A stretch of DNA of 64,000 nt from Utricularia gibba. Its lineage: Eukaryota; Plantae; Magnoliophyta. A model generated the notes under the pieces. The model saw nothing but the letters and a program-made list of their open reading frames with translations, made no database searches and was not told the origin of the DNA. Positions 12,778 to 24,831 of the stretch are shown here, one piece after another; the stretch's first letter is position 1, and every line of letters starts with the position of its first letter. The stretch is taken from assembly GCA_002189035.1 (NCBI GenBank), contig NEEC01000019.1, forward strand, positions 1,240,001 to 1,304,000, read 5' to 3'. The position numbers and the translations under genes were made by a program.

Positions 12778-14445
12778 TCAAAATCTGGTTGACAGCAACA
12801 GCTTGTTCTTCTGTTCTGCTGGCTTCAGAATTTGAAAAGAACAAATCAAATTTTCATCCACGCTCATCATTGCACCTGCGTTATCGAATTCTCCACAGTA
12901 GTTTGGCGCTGAAAAAACTGTAACAAGCTGTCTGTCCGCGAAAAACTCATAGCCATCTTCTACTACCTGGGAAGAAGCAATTTCAGGAGCCAGCAAAAAT
13001 GAGGAAACTGTATAAAAAAGCTCACCTGATGAGCACGACAAATGAGATCCAAATCATGTTTATCTAAGAACTCAGATACTTTGTCAGCTCCAAAGGTAAA
13101 TGAAACACCCCTATCATTCATCCCCCATCCCTTGAGAGTCCTACTGCCAGGATCAGACCACAGCAAATCACAGAGGAGACCATTGTCGGGATAGCAGATG
13201 GACGGGGTAGATTTTTTATCTGATCCAGGTTTTTGAGTTCGGGAGAAAGGCCGCCATGCATGCAGAGTATCTTTTCATCAACAAGTGCAGCAACGGGAAG
13301 GCAGTTAAAGCAATCAGTAAAGACTTTCCATAATTTCACATTGAAGCGACGCTTGCATTCATCATAGAAACCATATATCTTGTTTATGGAAGCACATTCA
13401 TGGTTTCCCCTAAGAAGGAAAAAGTTCTCTGGGTACTTGATTTTGTATGCAAGTAGCAGGCATATCGTCTCCAAGCTCTGCTTACCACGATCCACATAAT
13501 CACCCAAAAACAGGTAGTTGGATTTCGGGGGGAAACCACCACACTCAAAAAGCCTTAAGAGATCACTGTACTGCCCATGAATGTCACCTGCGAATGGATT
13601 TGGTTGCATCTTCTTAGCAACTCGGCACTCAGTTTCCATTGGAAAAAGTAATTCCATGCAGAGATGAGAGGGATCCACGTTCATGTGGGAACAAATAACA
13701 CAGCAATCGAATATTTCAAACTCCTGATGCTCAATGAGAATACCAGAATGGATGTACTTCATAAACCATGTAAAAAACAGCATATTCAAGAGCTCTCTGA
13801 ACCAACACTTTTCACCAAAAAGCATGACATTGCCTTACCAACCAAATAAAACTTGTAAAATTAGATAGAAGTGATTTAGCACAGCCAAGAAACACCCAAT
13901 GACGTGTGTCAAGGACACGAAGGTAAAAATCCCAGAGCCAAGTTCCCAAACAAAGGCCAAGCATATGATGAGCAATAAGTCAAAAGACACAGAAATCATG
14001 TTCATTTACATCAAAAGGAAAGCGAAAGGTTGTGATCAACACAAAAAAAAAAAGGAAAGCGAAAGGCCCCCCTGATAGCATGGAAAGCTGCATCCCTGAG
14101 CAAGTGATGTAGAAACGCAAGGAAGAAGCTGTAAGAAAATTCAATAAGTCTTGACACAATCATGCAACCTAGGAAGCAGAAAGCGTATTCCATCATCCAA
14201 GCCACGAACTTTCACTCATAACACCACCACAAAGCGCTTCAACCCAACCCGAAAAGCGAAAGCTCACCGCAGATCTTGATGGGTGCTTCGAGTTCAAGGA
14301 GATTAGGCTGACTTAGAAAAATCTCACGCGATGCCTTACACAGCAGCTTCATCTCAGACTCAACGAGCTGCACCGATTTCCCGGGCTTCCACGACCGAAC
14401 TTCAATCAGTTTCCCAATGATCCGATCCACCGCCTCAGGGTCCAT
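12778..14445 (-). CDS. TOPP: Serine/threonine protein phosphatase PP1 catalytic subunit (TOPP)
   Basis: Exons 14445-14268, 13587-13026, 12966-12778. [56 protein letters not shown]. One -1 deletion at GGG 13188-13190 (expected [15 protein letters not shown]). Confidence 0.95.
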
Positions 14446-15598
14446 GTATGCCCTGCAACCCCACCCCACTTCTCTCCTCACACCTGCAACTAAGATCACC
14501 ACGGAGGAAGATAAATCACGCGGCTGAGTTAGGGAAGCCCAGGAGTCAACGACCGAATTTTCTTTATTCAATCCATCAACCACTTACTTCAGAGTCAGTG
14601 CAATTGGATATTTTGCTCCTCAGCAACTGCAATCTTCAACTTGGTTTCGCCTGCTCCATCCCCTTCATCCCCACCTCATCAAACCAAAAAGCAACTTTAA
14701 CCACGTTTTAAATTACCAAAAAGAAAAGATAAATCATTTAAAATAATTATTATATCAAATTTAAATAAATCATTATTACAAACAAAATAATTTAACTACA
14801 ATTCAATTATCATGGTTGATTTTAAAGACATTGTCTAAAGTAATTAAATATAGATTTGAATTCAATATTTTAAATAATTATATAAAATCGATATTATTTA
14901 AATATTATATTGAAATCTAGATACGTGTAATTTTTTGTTATAAAAAATCAGGTATTTTGAAAGGTTGTACGGATGGGCACATTCAATCCGTCATCTTATC
15001 TTGCATAAGTTTATTTCTCCCATATAAATAGTGACTGAAAATGAATGGAATACATCTATCATATAAAATTTGACAATAAAAAAATAAATATAGAATTGAT
15101 TTTGTGTATGAAAAAATTCATGCATCCCATCAATCACTTAATTTTTATAAGGTATCCAGAAAATTTGTAAACAAAAATGATTAGTTTTAATTTAATATAT
15201 AAAAATATATTTTAAAAGTTCATTTTTAGGCTTTTGATCCGTCGTGTATAACTAAAAATAGGATTACTGGGTAAATTTTAATTAAAATAAAATATTATGA
15301 TTAAATAAAATTAAATGAGAGATATTTTTCTAAAAGAAAAATTTTATTAGGAGCATTTCCGAAGGTTTGGACCACTCTTTTTTGGATGCTAATGGTTTGG
15401 GTAGTAAGTGCACGAGGCATTAGTTGCATTGTTGTCGAAATCCAATCAGATTGGTCCCCAGGGTGCCACGTCATCTACTCATATTAATTATTATATATAT
15501 TGAATTATTGATTTCGATGTATAATTGATTTTTAAAAAGATTATTTTATTAGATTCATTCACGAGGGCGGTTTGATACACCAGGTCGATGACAGGAGC

Positions 15599-16054
15599 TC
15601 AAGCGTCGGAAATCTCAATGGCCTTCACCTCCGGCTTCTTGATCTCTGCCTTAGGGACGGTGACAGTGAGCACTCCGTTATCCATGGATGCCGTGATCTC
15701 CTCCATCTTCGCGTTCTCCGGCAGTCGGAATCGGCGGAGGAACTTACCGGCGCTCCTCTCGACGCGGTGCCACGTATCGCTCTTCTCCTCCTCCTCGCGC
15801 CTGCGTTCGCCGCTGATTTGCAGGACGTTACCTTCCTCGACCTCCACCTTCACCTCCTCCTTCTTCAGCCCCGGCACGTCCACCTTGAAGACGTGCCCCT
15901 CCGCCGCCTCCTTCCAATCCACCCGCGTCGCTGCGAACTGGGAGGTCTCGGTGCTGGAGCTGAGGGGCCAGTCGCGGAACGGCTCCCAGATGCCGTGGGA
16001 GAAGGGGTCGAAGACGTTGCTCTGGCGACCGAAAATGCTCGGAATCAACGACAT
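15599..16054 (-). CDS. HSP17-CI: Class I cytosolic small heat-shock protein (HSP17-CI, 151 aa)
   Basis: Intronless. [77 protein letters not shown]. Confidence 0.97.
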   Translation of the reverse strand: MSLIPSIFGRQSNVFDPFSHGIWEPFRDWPLSSSTETSQFAATRVDWKEAAEGHVFKVDVPGLKKEEVKVEVEEGNVLQISGERRREEEEKSDTWHRVERSAGKFLRRFRLPENAKMEEITASMDNGVLTVTVPKAEIKKPEVKAIEISDA

Positions 16055-16119
16055 TTATTGATCGTATCAGATGCCTGAAACTTTCTTGTGAATGCTAAGC
16101 GGTAGCGGAGAGGAGACGA

Positions 16120-16260
16120 TTTATAGGGATGGCTTAGAAGGGAAGAGAGAGCTCTGCTTCTCGGGGCTTCTCCGTCCGGAGAATTCTAGAAAAGCTTCGC
16201 CGGAATTCCAGACACGTCTTCTTCTTTCAGGTGTGTTCTAGAGTTTCGAAAACATTCATC
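16120..16260 (-). promoter_or_regulatory. sHSP promoter: TATA box plus heat-shock elements
   Basis: TATAAA on the minus strand at 16120-16125. Alternating nTTCn/nGAAn units cGTCc-gGAGa-aTTCt-aGAAa at 16173-16192, with further TTCtaGA / TTCnnAAAnnTTC around 16237-16260. Confidence 0.75.
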
Positions 16261-18385
16261 AATAAATAAATTATATTAAAATTATTTATCAATAACCTTA
16301 TTTAAATATTTTTTTTTATGAGAAACATGATGTTTTTGGATGGATATACCGCCGATTTTGGTAGGATGCATCAAAATCCCCAAATATCAAAATTAGGTTT
16401 GGCTGAATGGGATGACAATCCGATTGCTGAAAAACGAGGCACGATCACCTACGTGGAGATCCGATTGTATGTCTCGTAGATGGAGATTTGTGCAGCTGCG
16501 CGGGATTCCCAGCTGACTGTTTGAATTGAGGATCACACACTCGCTCCTACGTTTTTGTGGGCAACTTTGATTTGATTCTGTTTGAATCAACACTTTTGTG
16601 GGAAGTGACTGTGGTTCTTCTTACTCTCGGGCGAAATTAAAGAAGTTTCTTTTTGCAGTCGTCGAACCCATAAAAATGCCGGAGATTTTGAAGATAGTTG
16701 ATGTTGCGTCGCTTGAGCGGCGGCAGCATGTAGCGTTTGAAGATGCGTATGATTGTAGTTGAAGATGCCGGAGACAGAATGAGGTTTGTGGAGAGGCGAA
16801 TGTCTTCAAAATGGTAGTCGCATGCTCTGGAATCATGTCCGCACTTTTGACTTAAGGAATTTTGCAGGTGGCCTTCGTTTGATTGTTCTGTTCTCAAAAC
16901 GTGAATCAGTGTCCGAGGATAAAAATTTCACATATTCTTGGATGTTAAATTAACTGTTTTGCTGGTTAAAGTTGCGACCTTTTTTTATTTTTATTTTTTT
17001 AGTTCAAGGGTGGTAACACTTGGCCTTGGGTCGTAAGATTGGTATATCAAGTAACAACCATGACGAAGGATTTTGGGATTAGTCACCTAATAATGGAACT
17101 CATTTTCCCGCTGAACTTGAATTATTTTTTTTCGCTGCGTTGGGGAAACCGAGATTGAGTTTCATTTGTATCTTGTCTGCAGCCTGGTTTTTAAGTCCCA
17201 CAAGCTTCGCGTTTGTTCAGGCAACTCTACAACAGTCTTTGACCACTGTCTACAGGCGCTTGCTGAAAAGATGGCAATAGTGACCCGTGCGTACCGTGTT
17301 TTGTTATTTTTTTGGAACAGTCAAATAGTCTGCAGGCTAGAAAGTTTGTAGAACTGTGAAAAGTTTTCTAGAAAGTGGTTTTACATAGTCTTGGCTTTGG
17401 GAGAAATCGTAAGGAGTATGGCATATAGAGTTTTGTGGTGCCTATGCTTGTAATGGCCAGAACCCCGATCTGCTAAATTCAATTAAAAATTGGAGCCGCA
17501 ATTAGCTCCTGGTAGCAAGTGACTGGGGATGATTCCCTAAGATTTCTAGGCTTGTGGTATCTAGTTTCTAATGGCTAGTTGTGGGTTTTAAGTGGGATGG
17601 ATGCCTTTATTATGAACAATGACGTAGCAGAAGTTTTTCTGATCCTATTGCAGCCATCTTTGTGATGAAGGCAGCATATCACTGACAAATTTTTGATGAC
17701 TAAATATTGCTTGACTAGACTAGAGATCAGATGAACAAAGAAAGACCTGGAATGGGCATTCATCTAGTGCGCTTAGAAACCATCCAAATAATTATGAGAA
17801 GAACCTGGTTTGTGTTTTGAAACTTTACTGAAGCCATATATCTCCATTCATTCTCTTGTTTGCTATTCAGTGTGAGACCTGGGATCACTAACCTGGCGAT
17901 TGATCGGCTTGACGGTAATTGTAAATCATTTGTGGTGTGGTACATGTTTAAAAAGGCACCATTAGCGACCTTCAGGTTCCACACAGGAGAAGAGTGAATA
18001 AAAGCCACCAGTTTTGTCAACTTGTCTTCTAGTTCACTATTACTCATGATGCTCCTCCTCTTCTCCACTTTTTTCCAGGAAAGGCACCATCAGCAGCAGT
18101 AACATCATGTCCACATTTCTTTAGCTGGATGCATTCAGACATCATGAACAGTTGGAGCCTAAACTGCAATAATCATTTAGGTTGCACTGCACCCAACCGT
18201 GCCTTGAGAGCACTAATGAGTTATGACAGCTTCCTAGATGTGAGGTTAGTGTGTGCGCATGACTTTTTTAAAATGGCTTTGATTTAATGCTTGTGAAAAA
18301 TCAAACTGTCATGCCATAGATAAAACTCCCCTCTTGGTAAACTCAACCAAGATCGCTGGGAAGAGAAAGAGTGCCAAGGCACACA

Positions 18386-18802
18386 TCAAGTGGCAACATC
18401 AATCTTGGTGGTACACGACAGGATCCTGTAAAAAACTGAGCGCAAGGCGGAGCACGGTGTGCGCCTCCGCCTAGGCCGGCGATCGCCGCCGGGCGCATCT
18501 GCCGTCTTGCTCACTCTTCCCAACCACTTGACGCCCTTCCCCTTCTCCAGATGCTCTTCATCATCTCGGGAGAAAGTGTAGCTCCTCAAGTAAAGCTGCC
18601 GACACGAGTAGCTGTCCACCACCCTCGGATGCCCGTACACCGAACTCCGGCCAACCTTCCGGGCTCCCAACTTCATCGAAGACCTGATGAACTCGGAGTC
18701 GGATTCCGGCCACCTGTAGAGGCTCGTGTAGCTCGCCCGAGCCGGATCTCCCAGAGCACCGTCCACGCCCCGGACACCAGGCATGCAAGCCGCTGCCGCC
18801 AT
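18386..18802 (-). CDS. Conserved plant protein of unknown function (138 aa; At3g46300-like)
   Basis: Intronless GC-rich ORF with recalled family motifs YxxLYRWPESDxEF, PRVVDSxSCRQxYLRSYTFSR and C-terminal RxLSCTxxxDV. Confidence 0.8.
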   Translation of the reverse strand: MAAAACMPGVRGVDGALGDPARASYTSLYRWPESDSEFIRSSMKLGARKVGRSSVYGHPRVVDSYSCRQLYLRSYTFSRDDEEHLEKGKGVKWLGRVSKTADAPGGDRRPRRRRTPCSALRSVFYRILSCTTKIDVAT

Positions 18803-19055
18803 TTGTGTGCTGTGTGTGTGTTTCTGCTGCTTACATGAATGAGGTTGTGGCAGGGGTCCGCCTGTGTTATATAAAAGAAGACAACTTGTCGAGTACAGTG
18901 CACTCCCATGTCCTCACAGGAAGAGACGAAGGCTCAAAAATGTCAAAGACATGTGTCCTGTGTTGTTGCACTTGCACTCCATCCCTCATACGACAAGCAA
19001 TGTCATACAGTAAAAATCAAGCTCAATACTTTTATAGTATATTTTATATTATAAG

Positions 19056-19288
19056 CAGTGTTCTGAAAATTTTTTAAAATATATTTTTATTTTTTAAAAG
19101 TAAAAAATAGTTTTGTTCTACAATAATATTAATTGTAAAAGTAATTTTATCAAAAAAACTTTTAAAATTATAACTACAAAAGTAATTTTTGAAAAAGTAA
19201 AAAATTGATTATTTTTACTTTTTATTTCTATTTTTTAAAAATAATTTGAAAAAATAAAAATAGATTTCAAAAATTTTTCAGAACACTG
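19056..19288. mobile_element. MITE with about 25-bp terminal inverted repeats (CAGTGTTCTGAAAA...), hAT-like ends
   Basis: Left end cagtgttctgaaaattttttaaaat at 19056; right end reverse-complements to cagtgttctgaaaaatttttgaaat, ending 19288. AT-rich interior, no ORF, no clear target-site duplication. Confidence 0.75.
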
Positions 19289-19502
19289 GTATAGTATATA
19301 TATTGTACTATCACTCATATATTTATTTTTTGAGTATGTAATTGATATACAAAAATAAAGTGAGAGGGGGAAGAAGGTTAATTATATCTATATCAATCAT
19401 ATATTGATATTTTTATTTTCGAATATGAAACGTAATATATAATTAAAATATATAAATTTCTAATTACATTATAATTATATATATTAATACTACACTATCA
19501 AA
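19289..19502. mobile_element. Tourist-like MITE remnant, copy 1 (related to 48329-48616)
   Basis: Shares blocks with the 48.3-48.6 kb copy (gagggg..taattatatctata..catatatt; aattacattataatta.atatattaata..actat.aaa) and ends in actatcaaac, complementary to the gtttgatagt start of copy 2. Confidence 0.55.
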
Positions 19503-20973
19503 CGAATTCTTAAAATCATATCACCATATAAAATGAGTGTATTCAAGTTACCTTTTTACTTTCACCGGGTTGTTTTCTGGGTTAAAGTTGTGTGGTTATG
19601 TTTCATACCGACACAGTAACTTTTGCTTCATAACTGAGACGAAAATAACGTTGCCGAGGAAGAGGATAAGGATCCCATGTGAAGGAAAAAACTTGGTATT
19701 AATGTGGGTTGCATTATCCATGTGCGCTGCCTAAATACGTCACTCTCAAAAAAATTCATAATAATAATAATAATTAATAAAATTAGAATATATTTGAAAT
19801 ATGGGGTTTGAGGAGCAGCAGGGCCCCCAGTAGAATTTGTTCAAATATTAAGTGTGTGTTTGATGGGAAATGAAAAATTAACTTGTGTTTAATGATATTT
19901 AATATTCCATGTTAAATTATATATAAAAAATCGTAACTAAATCATGATTGAATCGTTTTAATCCTTAATGATGGTGATGAATTGAATATAACCCTTCAAA
20001 AAGTCTAATTTTTAAACTAATTATTTTTTTAAGATTTAATATTATGAAGGTTTTTCTAAATATCATAAACACGGTTGGATAAAACCTTATAATGATGGTT
20101 TAGTTGACAGTAATATGATGAGGTGGTTTTATATTAATGAGTATTAGATAAAGTAGAATGGGGTGGGATATCATTTTTTATTGTGTTTAGTTAGTTAATA
20201 TGGTATTATGATACAGTTGATGACATTAAAATCTACGAGATTAAAAAGAGATAATTTACTAAAATACCCTTTTGGAATTGAAGTATTTTTTTCTTAAAAA
20301 ATATGGGTGTAAGATAAGGTTAATTTAGTAAAATCATATCATGGGATTAAATAAAGTAAGGGGGTGTGATTACTTTATATAATCCCATCAACAAGGGTTT
20401 ATCAAATATATGTATAATCTCGGGATATATAAACCCGCAAATCAAACACATTAATGTCTAATACCCATTTATTTATCCCCCTTACACCTCCAACTAAACA
20501 TTACCTTAAAAGATAGACTTATATTAGATTTACAAGGATGGGTTGTGATATCTTATAAACTGTGATTTTTTTCATTATATACAACGCATCATTTTGAAGT
20601 TCGTTTCATATTGAACCATGAACGCATGGCGGTCCTTTTAAATTTATTTAGACAAACGGTTTTTTAACCATTTAAAAAAAGTGGATTAGATATGCTAAAC
20701 ATTTTATGATTTAAATTTATAGTAAAATATCTCATAGATATTTCATTGTCAAAAAATCAATAATATCTATCATTCCCAAATAAAGTGTTTTTTTTTTTCC
20801 TGATGTCTATAACAACTCAAAGGGAGCCTTAATCTACAAAACCATATCAATTGGACAAGTTAACCAATATACAAGCTTGTCTGAGTGCAAGAAGGAAGAG
20901 TGCCCGATTGAGTACAACACAAAGCATGTTCCCAAAATCTCCATCTCCCTTGGACGACAACTTTATAGAATTT

Positions 20974-21204
20974 TCATGAAACGGAATGGACGTCTCTGTG
21001 CCTGAGCCCACCACCATTTCCATTCCAGGGTGAAGCTTTAAGTACCTGAGGCGATTCCTCGGCGGCGTGGTGCCGGGACCCCTCTCCGGGGAGGAGGTGG
21101 TAGCCGAAGGCGGAGGAGTTTGAGTTCTTGGGGAGGCGGTGATACGCCATCCCTGTCCGACTGTTCATCAGGGTTCGCACTAGAAGCGGGATCAGTCCCT
21201 CCAT
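20974..21204 (-). CDS. Small uncharacterised plant protein, 'MEGLIP' family, copy A (76 aa)
   Basis: MEGLIPLLVRTLMNSRTGMAYHRLPKNSNSSAFGYHLLPGEGSRHH.., homologous to 23022-23297; GC-rich ORF within AT-rich flanks. Confidence 0.75.
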   Translation of the reverse strand: MEGLIPLLVRTLMNSRTGMAYHRLPKNSNSSAFGYHLLPGEGSRHHAAEESPQVLKASPWNGNGGGLRHRDVHSVS

Positions 21205-22139
21205 TCGTGGGGCAAGAGAGCTGGAGCTGGCGTTGGATACTGGAAACTAGAAACTGGAAACTGGATGCTTCTTCTCTGAAGCAGAGATTATTCTTTCTTA
21301 TAGGCTGAGCTCAGAATCCATTTTGGATAACGATGTGGTGCGGGTGATAACTGGGATTTGAGTTATGTGTGCGTGGTTTTCAATCCTATGAGCTCATCAG
21401 ACAAACCCCTACTTTGACTTATTCTTTATACAACATGAAATACCATTTGACAACCTAACTGACATTCAATCTACTGATCAATAGAACCCCAAATTTCACC
21501 ATGCTGGTTGATAAGTGCATGCCCAACAATAAAAGTGTGCATTGAAAACCCTAAACTTTTGACAGTCTCATTCTATACAAATCATCCTCACAACACATAA
21601 GAAACGCATCCTAAATCTATAGAATGTGTTTAGTAAGATAGTTTAATTAATAATATATTCGAATTATTGCATTACATGATTAAACAAGAGATTCTTAATA
21701 CACGTGCGTTTGGAGAGGTGGATAAGACAAGAAAACACGGCCATACGATGTTAATAAGTTGCATACACAAGTAGATAATTGTTGAAATTCAGGATCCGAT
21801 GAATTGGACAAGCATATACGTGAATTCTAATAACATAAGAAATGCGAATCATATTAGAAAATATTATATCCAACCGATTGTTAATCATCTACAATTTTTT
21901 ATATATTTAATTATTCTATTTTCATTTTTCGATATGTAATTATATATTATAACATTGATTTCATACAAAAAGACGAGGTTTAGATAGGTTCGGGTCAGCG
22001 AGGGTGGCGTAGTTGAATTGAACACCATGACGGCTGCCTAATCATCCCATCTAGGGGCGTGTGTTCACTAGTGACGTGTGCAATACCAAACAATTGAAAG
22101 TAAAAAACCATTTCACTACCTGGTATCGTTTCTCTTTTT

Positions 22140-22530
22140 TTTTTCAAGAAAAAAATGATGATAAATTAAATGAATTTAAAATAAATAATATTGTATAAAA
22201 CGAGGGATGTGTCAACTAAAATATTCAAAATATACTTGTTTTGGATAAGTTTAGACTAGTATAAGATGTTTTATTTTCGAAAAAATGATAAATTAATGAA
22301 ATCTAAGATAGATAATATCATATAAAATAACAAGCGCTGTTATGAAAAATGCTTAAAATATCCTTGATTTGGATAATGTTATACGATCACAGTGGTCTAA
22401 GATTTTTTTTTTAAGAAAAGTGATGGATATAGGTAACCAAAATAGATAATATTGTATAAAATATCAAGCGCCGCAATTAAATTGCCCAAAATATCCTTGA
22501 TTTGGATAAGTTTACACGATCACACTTGAC
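22140..22530 (+). repeat. Three degenerate tandem units of about 130 bp
   Basis: Recurring ataatat(tg/ca)tataaaa ... aaaatat(a/c)cttg(t/a)tttggataa near 22186-22250, 22311-22378 and 22445-22510. Confidence 0.75.
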
Positions 22531-23021
22531 TTTTTGTCTCTAAACAAGACAACTTGGTATTAATTCCTCGTTATTTTTGTCTTAAATCATGGTGATGGCT
22601 CATTTAGGTATTTTTAATACGATTTTGGTTTTATTAATTTTTTTCAATAACCACATTTATAGAATAAAAAAATTGGATTTCGATGAAGGTAAAAAAAAAT
22701 AATAATATGATTTTAACTTAATATTACTTTGATAATTTCTAGGATTTATTTTTTTATATAAATTTACTAATTCTCATTAAAATAAATAAAAAAGTAAATG
22801 ATCGTGGGACAACACATCAAATATTCCATCCCTAGGGTTCTAGAAGGCCCACAATTTTGTGTTGACTTTGGCAATGTGAAGCTTTTTTGGGCAACGTGGG
22901 AGATTGTTAACGCGGTTGTCAACGAGCCGGAGTCCTCTATAAATGCGCCGGCGTTGTCTGCATGTTCTACATCCATTATTCTTTCATTCGTCTTTGTTGC
23001 AGGAGCACACGCAGTCATCAA

Positions 23022-23297
23022 ATGGAGGGTTTGATTCCGATGGTCTTTCGAGCCATGAAGCATAAGCGCACGGAGATGGCCTACCGCTGCCTCTCCGGCA
23101 ACTCCAACTCCGGCCGCAGCTACCACCTCCTCGGCAGCGACTCCGTCGAGGGATCCTCCCACCGCCGGCACGTCTCCGGATACACGGAGACGTCTGCATC
23201 CACCATTCCGTCGGAGGTTCTTAGAGGAGCCGGTTTCACGGCGTGGGGTGGAGGCGAAGGGATGAGGCGGAGAGACTTGGCTCAACCTTCGCACTGA
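23022..23297 (+). CDS. Small uncharacterised plant protein, 'MEGLIP' family, copy B (91 aa)
   Basis: MEGLIPMVFRAMKHKRTEMAYRCLSGNSNSGRSYHLLGSDSVEGSSHRR..; TATAAA at 22938-22943. Matches the recalled family pattern MEGLIP..YRxLS..SYHLL..EGSSHRR. Confidence 0.8.
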   Translation: MEGLIPMVFRAMKHKRTEMAYRCLSGNSNSGRSYHLLGSDSVEGSSHRRHVSGYTETSASTIPSEVLRGAGFTAWGGGEGMRRRDLAQPSH

Positions 23298-23860
23298 CCG
23301 ACCATGTCATCGGACCTTTTCCGGTCCATCATCGGGGGTTGGAGAATGTCCTCCCCACTGTTCCTCCAATATTATTTTCATTCATGTCAAATGTAAAATT
23401 TTCTTAACCAACAATAAATAAATACAAATTACAGTATTTATTTTAAATTTATTAATTTCATGACCCAAATAATATCTAAAATTTAAATTTAGATCTTATA
23501 ATACAGAAAAAATAAATCATGATTCAATCCAATTTGATATTTTTTTATAAAGAAAACGTAAAAAAATTAAAAAGAAAAATCATTTAATCATGAATCAATT
23601 ACGCATGTGATATATGAATTTTTTGACCATAAAATAGTGGTCTTAAACTTCAATTGTTAGCAACCACGTCCAAACTAGTCGGCAGTCCCACAGGGGAGAG
23701 GCCTAGTCTACACTGAGTAATGAAGCTTGGTAGATTATAAGGAAGTCTTAGATTTCACTGTGTTATTGATACAAGCTAGTTTTGAGTTGGGAAACAAGCA
23801 AGCATCACAGAACAATGACACAAGAACATGACACGGTCATGAGTTCGGGGTAGGCATGTC

Positions 23861-24627
23861 TTACTTTTTGCCGCTTTTCTTCAGGCCTGAACCCCCAAAT
23901 GCCCCCTTCTGCTGAGCTTTAGCTTTGAGATCCTTTAGGGCCTGCCAAAGAATACCAGTTATATGTTGGACAAGTTTTTGGTTTTGATCAACTGAATTCT
24001 CACCTTTTCTTCATCCTTCTTCTTCTGAATATTAGCTTTGTCAATCTGCAAGGAAGAAAAACTTCATCCAGGATATACACAGATAAATAAATCAACACAA
24101 GATACTGTCACACACGCACACAACTACAGGAGATATAGTCATCATCTTGATTTCATTTTACTTTTGCATTGGAGGTGAACAATCATGATACAATTGGTGG
24201 ATCCCTCATCACCAAATCATTAGATTTCCATGAGTTCTCTTTACTTATCAGAGGTGACCCTCTTGACTTTTCAGACCAAACACCAAAGACACAATAAACT
24301 ACCAGGATACAGATAAAGAAAATCACACATTTAGACTTGCAATCAGACCGCGTGACACAGAACGTAAAGATTTTCCAAGCCTCCGGCGAACCACAGACAC
24401 CAGGAGCAGAGACAACTACAAAATCATCTAACTCTACCTCATCGTACTCCTTCTTTTCGACCTTCGGCTGCTTCAAAGGCTTTGCTTTACCCCCTGATTC
24501 AATTTCAAGAAAACAAAAGACGATTTAAGCAACACGGGTCGCGATTGGGTCTCAAAATTAATTCACACATCTTCAAAAAAGACGCAATCCCAACATAACA
24601 TAGGCAGAAACCTTGTTTCGAAGACAT
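23861..24627 (-). CDS. TMA7: Translation machinery-associated protein 7
   Basis: Exons 24627-24612, 24493-24438, 24045-24004, ~23941-23861 give [64 protein letters not shown]. Not captured as a single ORF in the supplied track. Confidence 0.93.
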
Positions 24628-24675
24628 GGTTGGATCTAGAGCTGGGAACTCGCTTCCAACGCAATGCTGCAATCA

Positions 24676-24831
24676 GGGAACCCTAGGCCCAAACTCGCGT
24701 GTGCTCTGTCTGTCAACGTGGATTCCTTGAATTTCGGTGTTTTGAACTCTTTGCAAAATATTGGGCTTTTGGCCCATTTCATTGGTTATGGGCTTACAAC
24801 CAAATACAATGTGCCCTGACTGCGCAGCCCA
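24676..24831. promoter_or_regulatory. Bidirectional promoter (TMA7 / RPC31-like) with four site II motifs and a telo-box-like motif
   Basis: TGGGCT 24762, GGCCCA 24771, TGGGCT 24789, AGCCCA 24826; gAACCCTA near 24677-24684. Confidence 0.65.

Noticed and set aside
15572-16078. Two long plus-strand ORFs (168 and 157 aa)
   Set aside because: Antisense shadows of the GC-rich sHSP CDS; no recognisable protein.
20090-20510. Possible additional Tourist-like MITE
   Set aside because: The ends (gtttagttg / caactaaac) match only briefly and I could not define TIRs or a TSD.
22836-22846. TTCTAGAA heat-shock element upstream of MEGLIP copy B
   Set aside because: Only two nGAAn units; functional HSEs normally need at least three.
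22767-23294. 175-aa minus-strand ORF and the longer 111-aa plus-strand ORF starting at 22962
   Set aside because: The minus ORF is antisense to MEGLIP copy B. Homology with copy A places the true start at ATG 23022, downstream of the TATA box.
23861-23941. Suspected frameshift in the last TMA7 exon
   Set aside because: Re-reading base by base gives an intact frame ending KKSGKK*.
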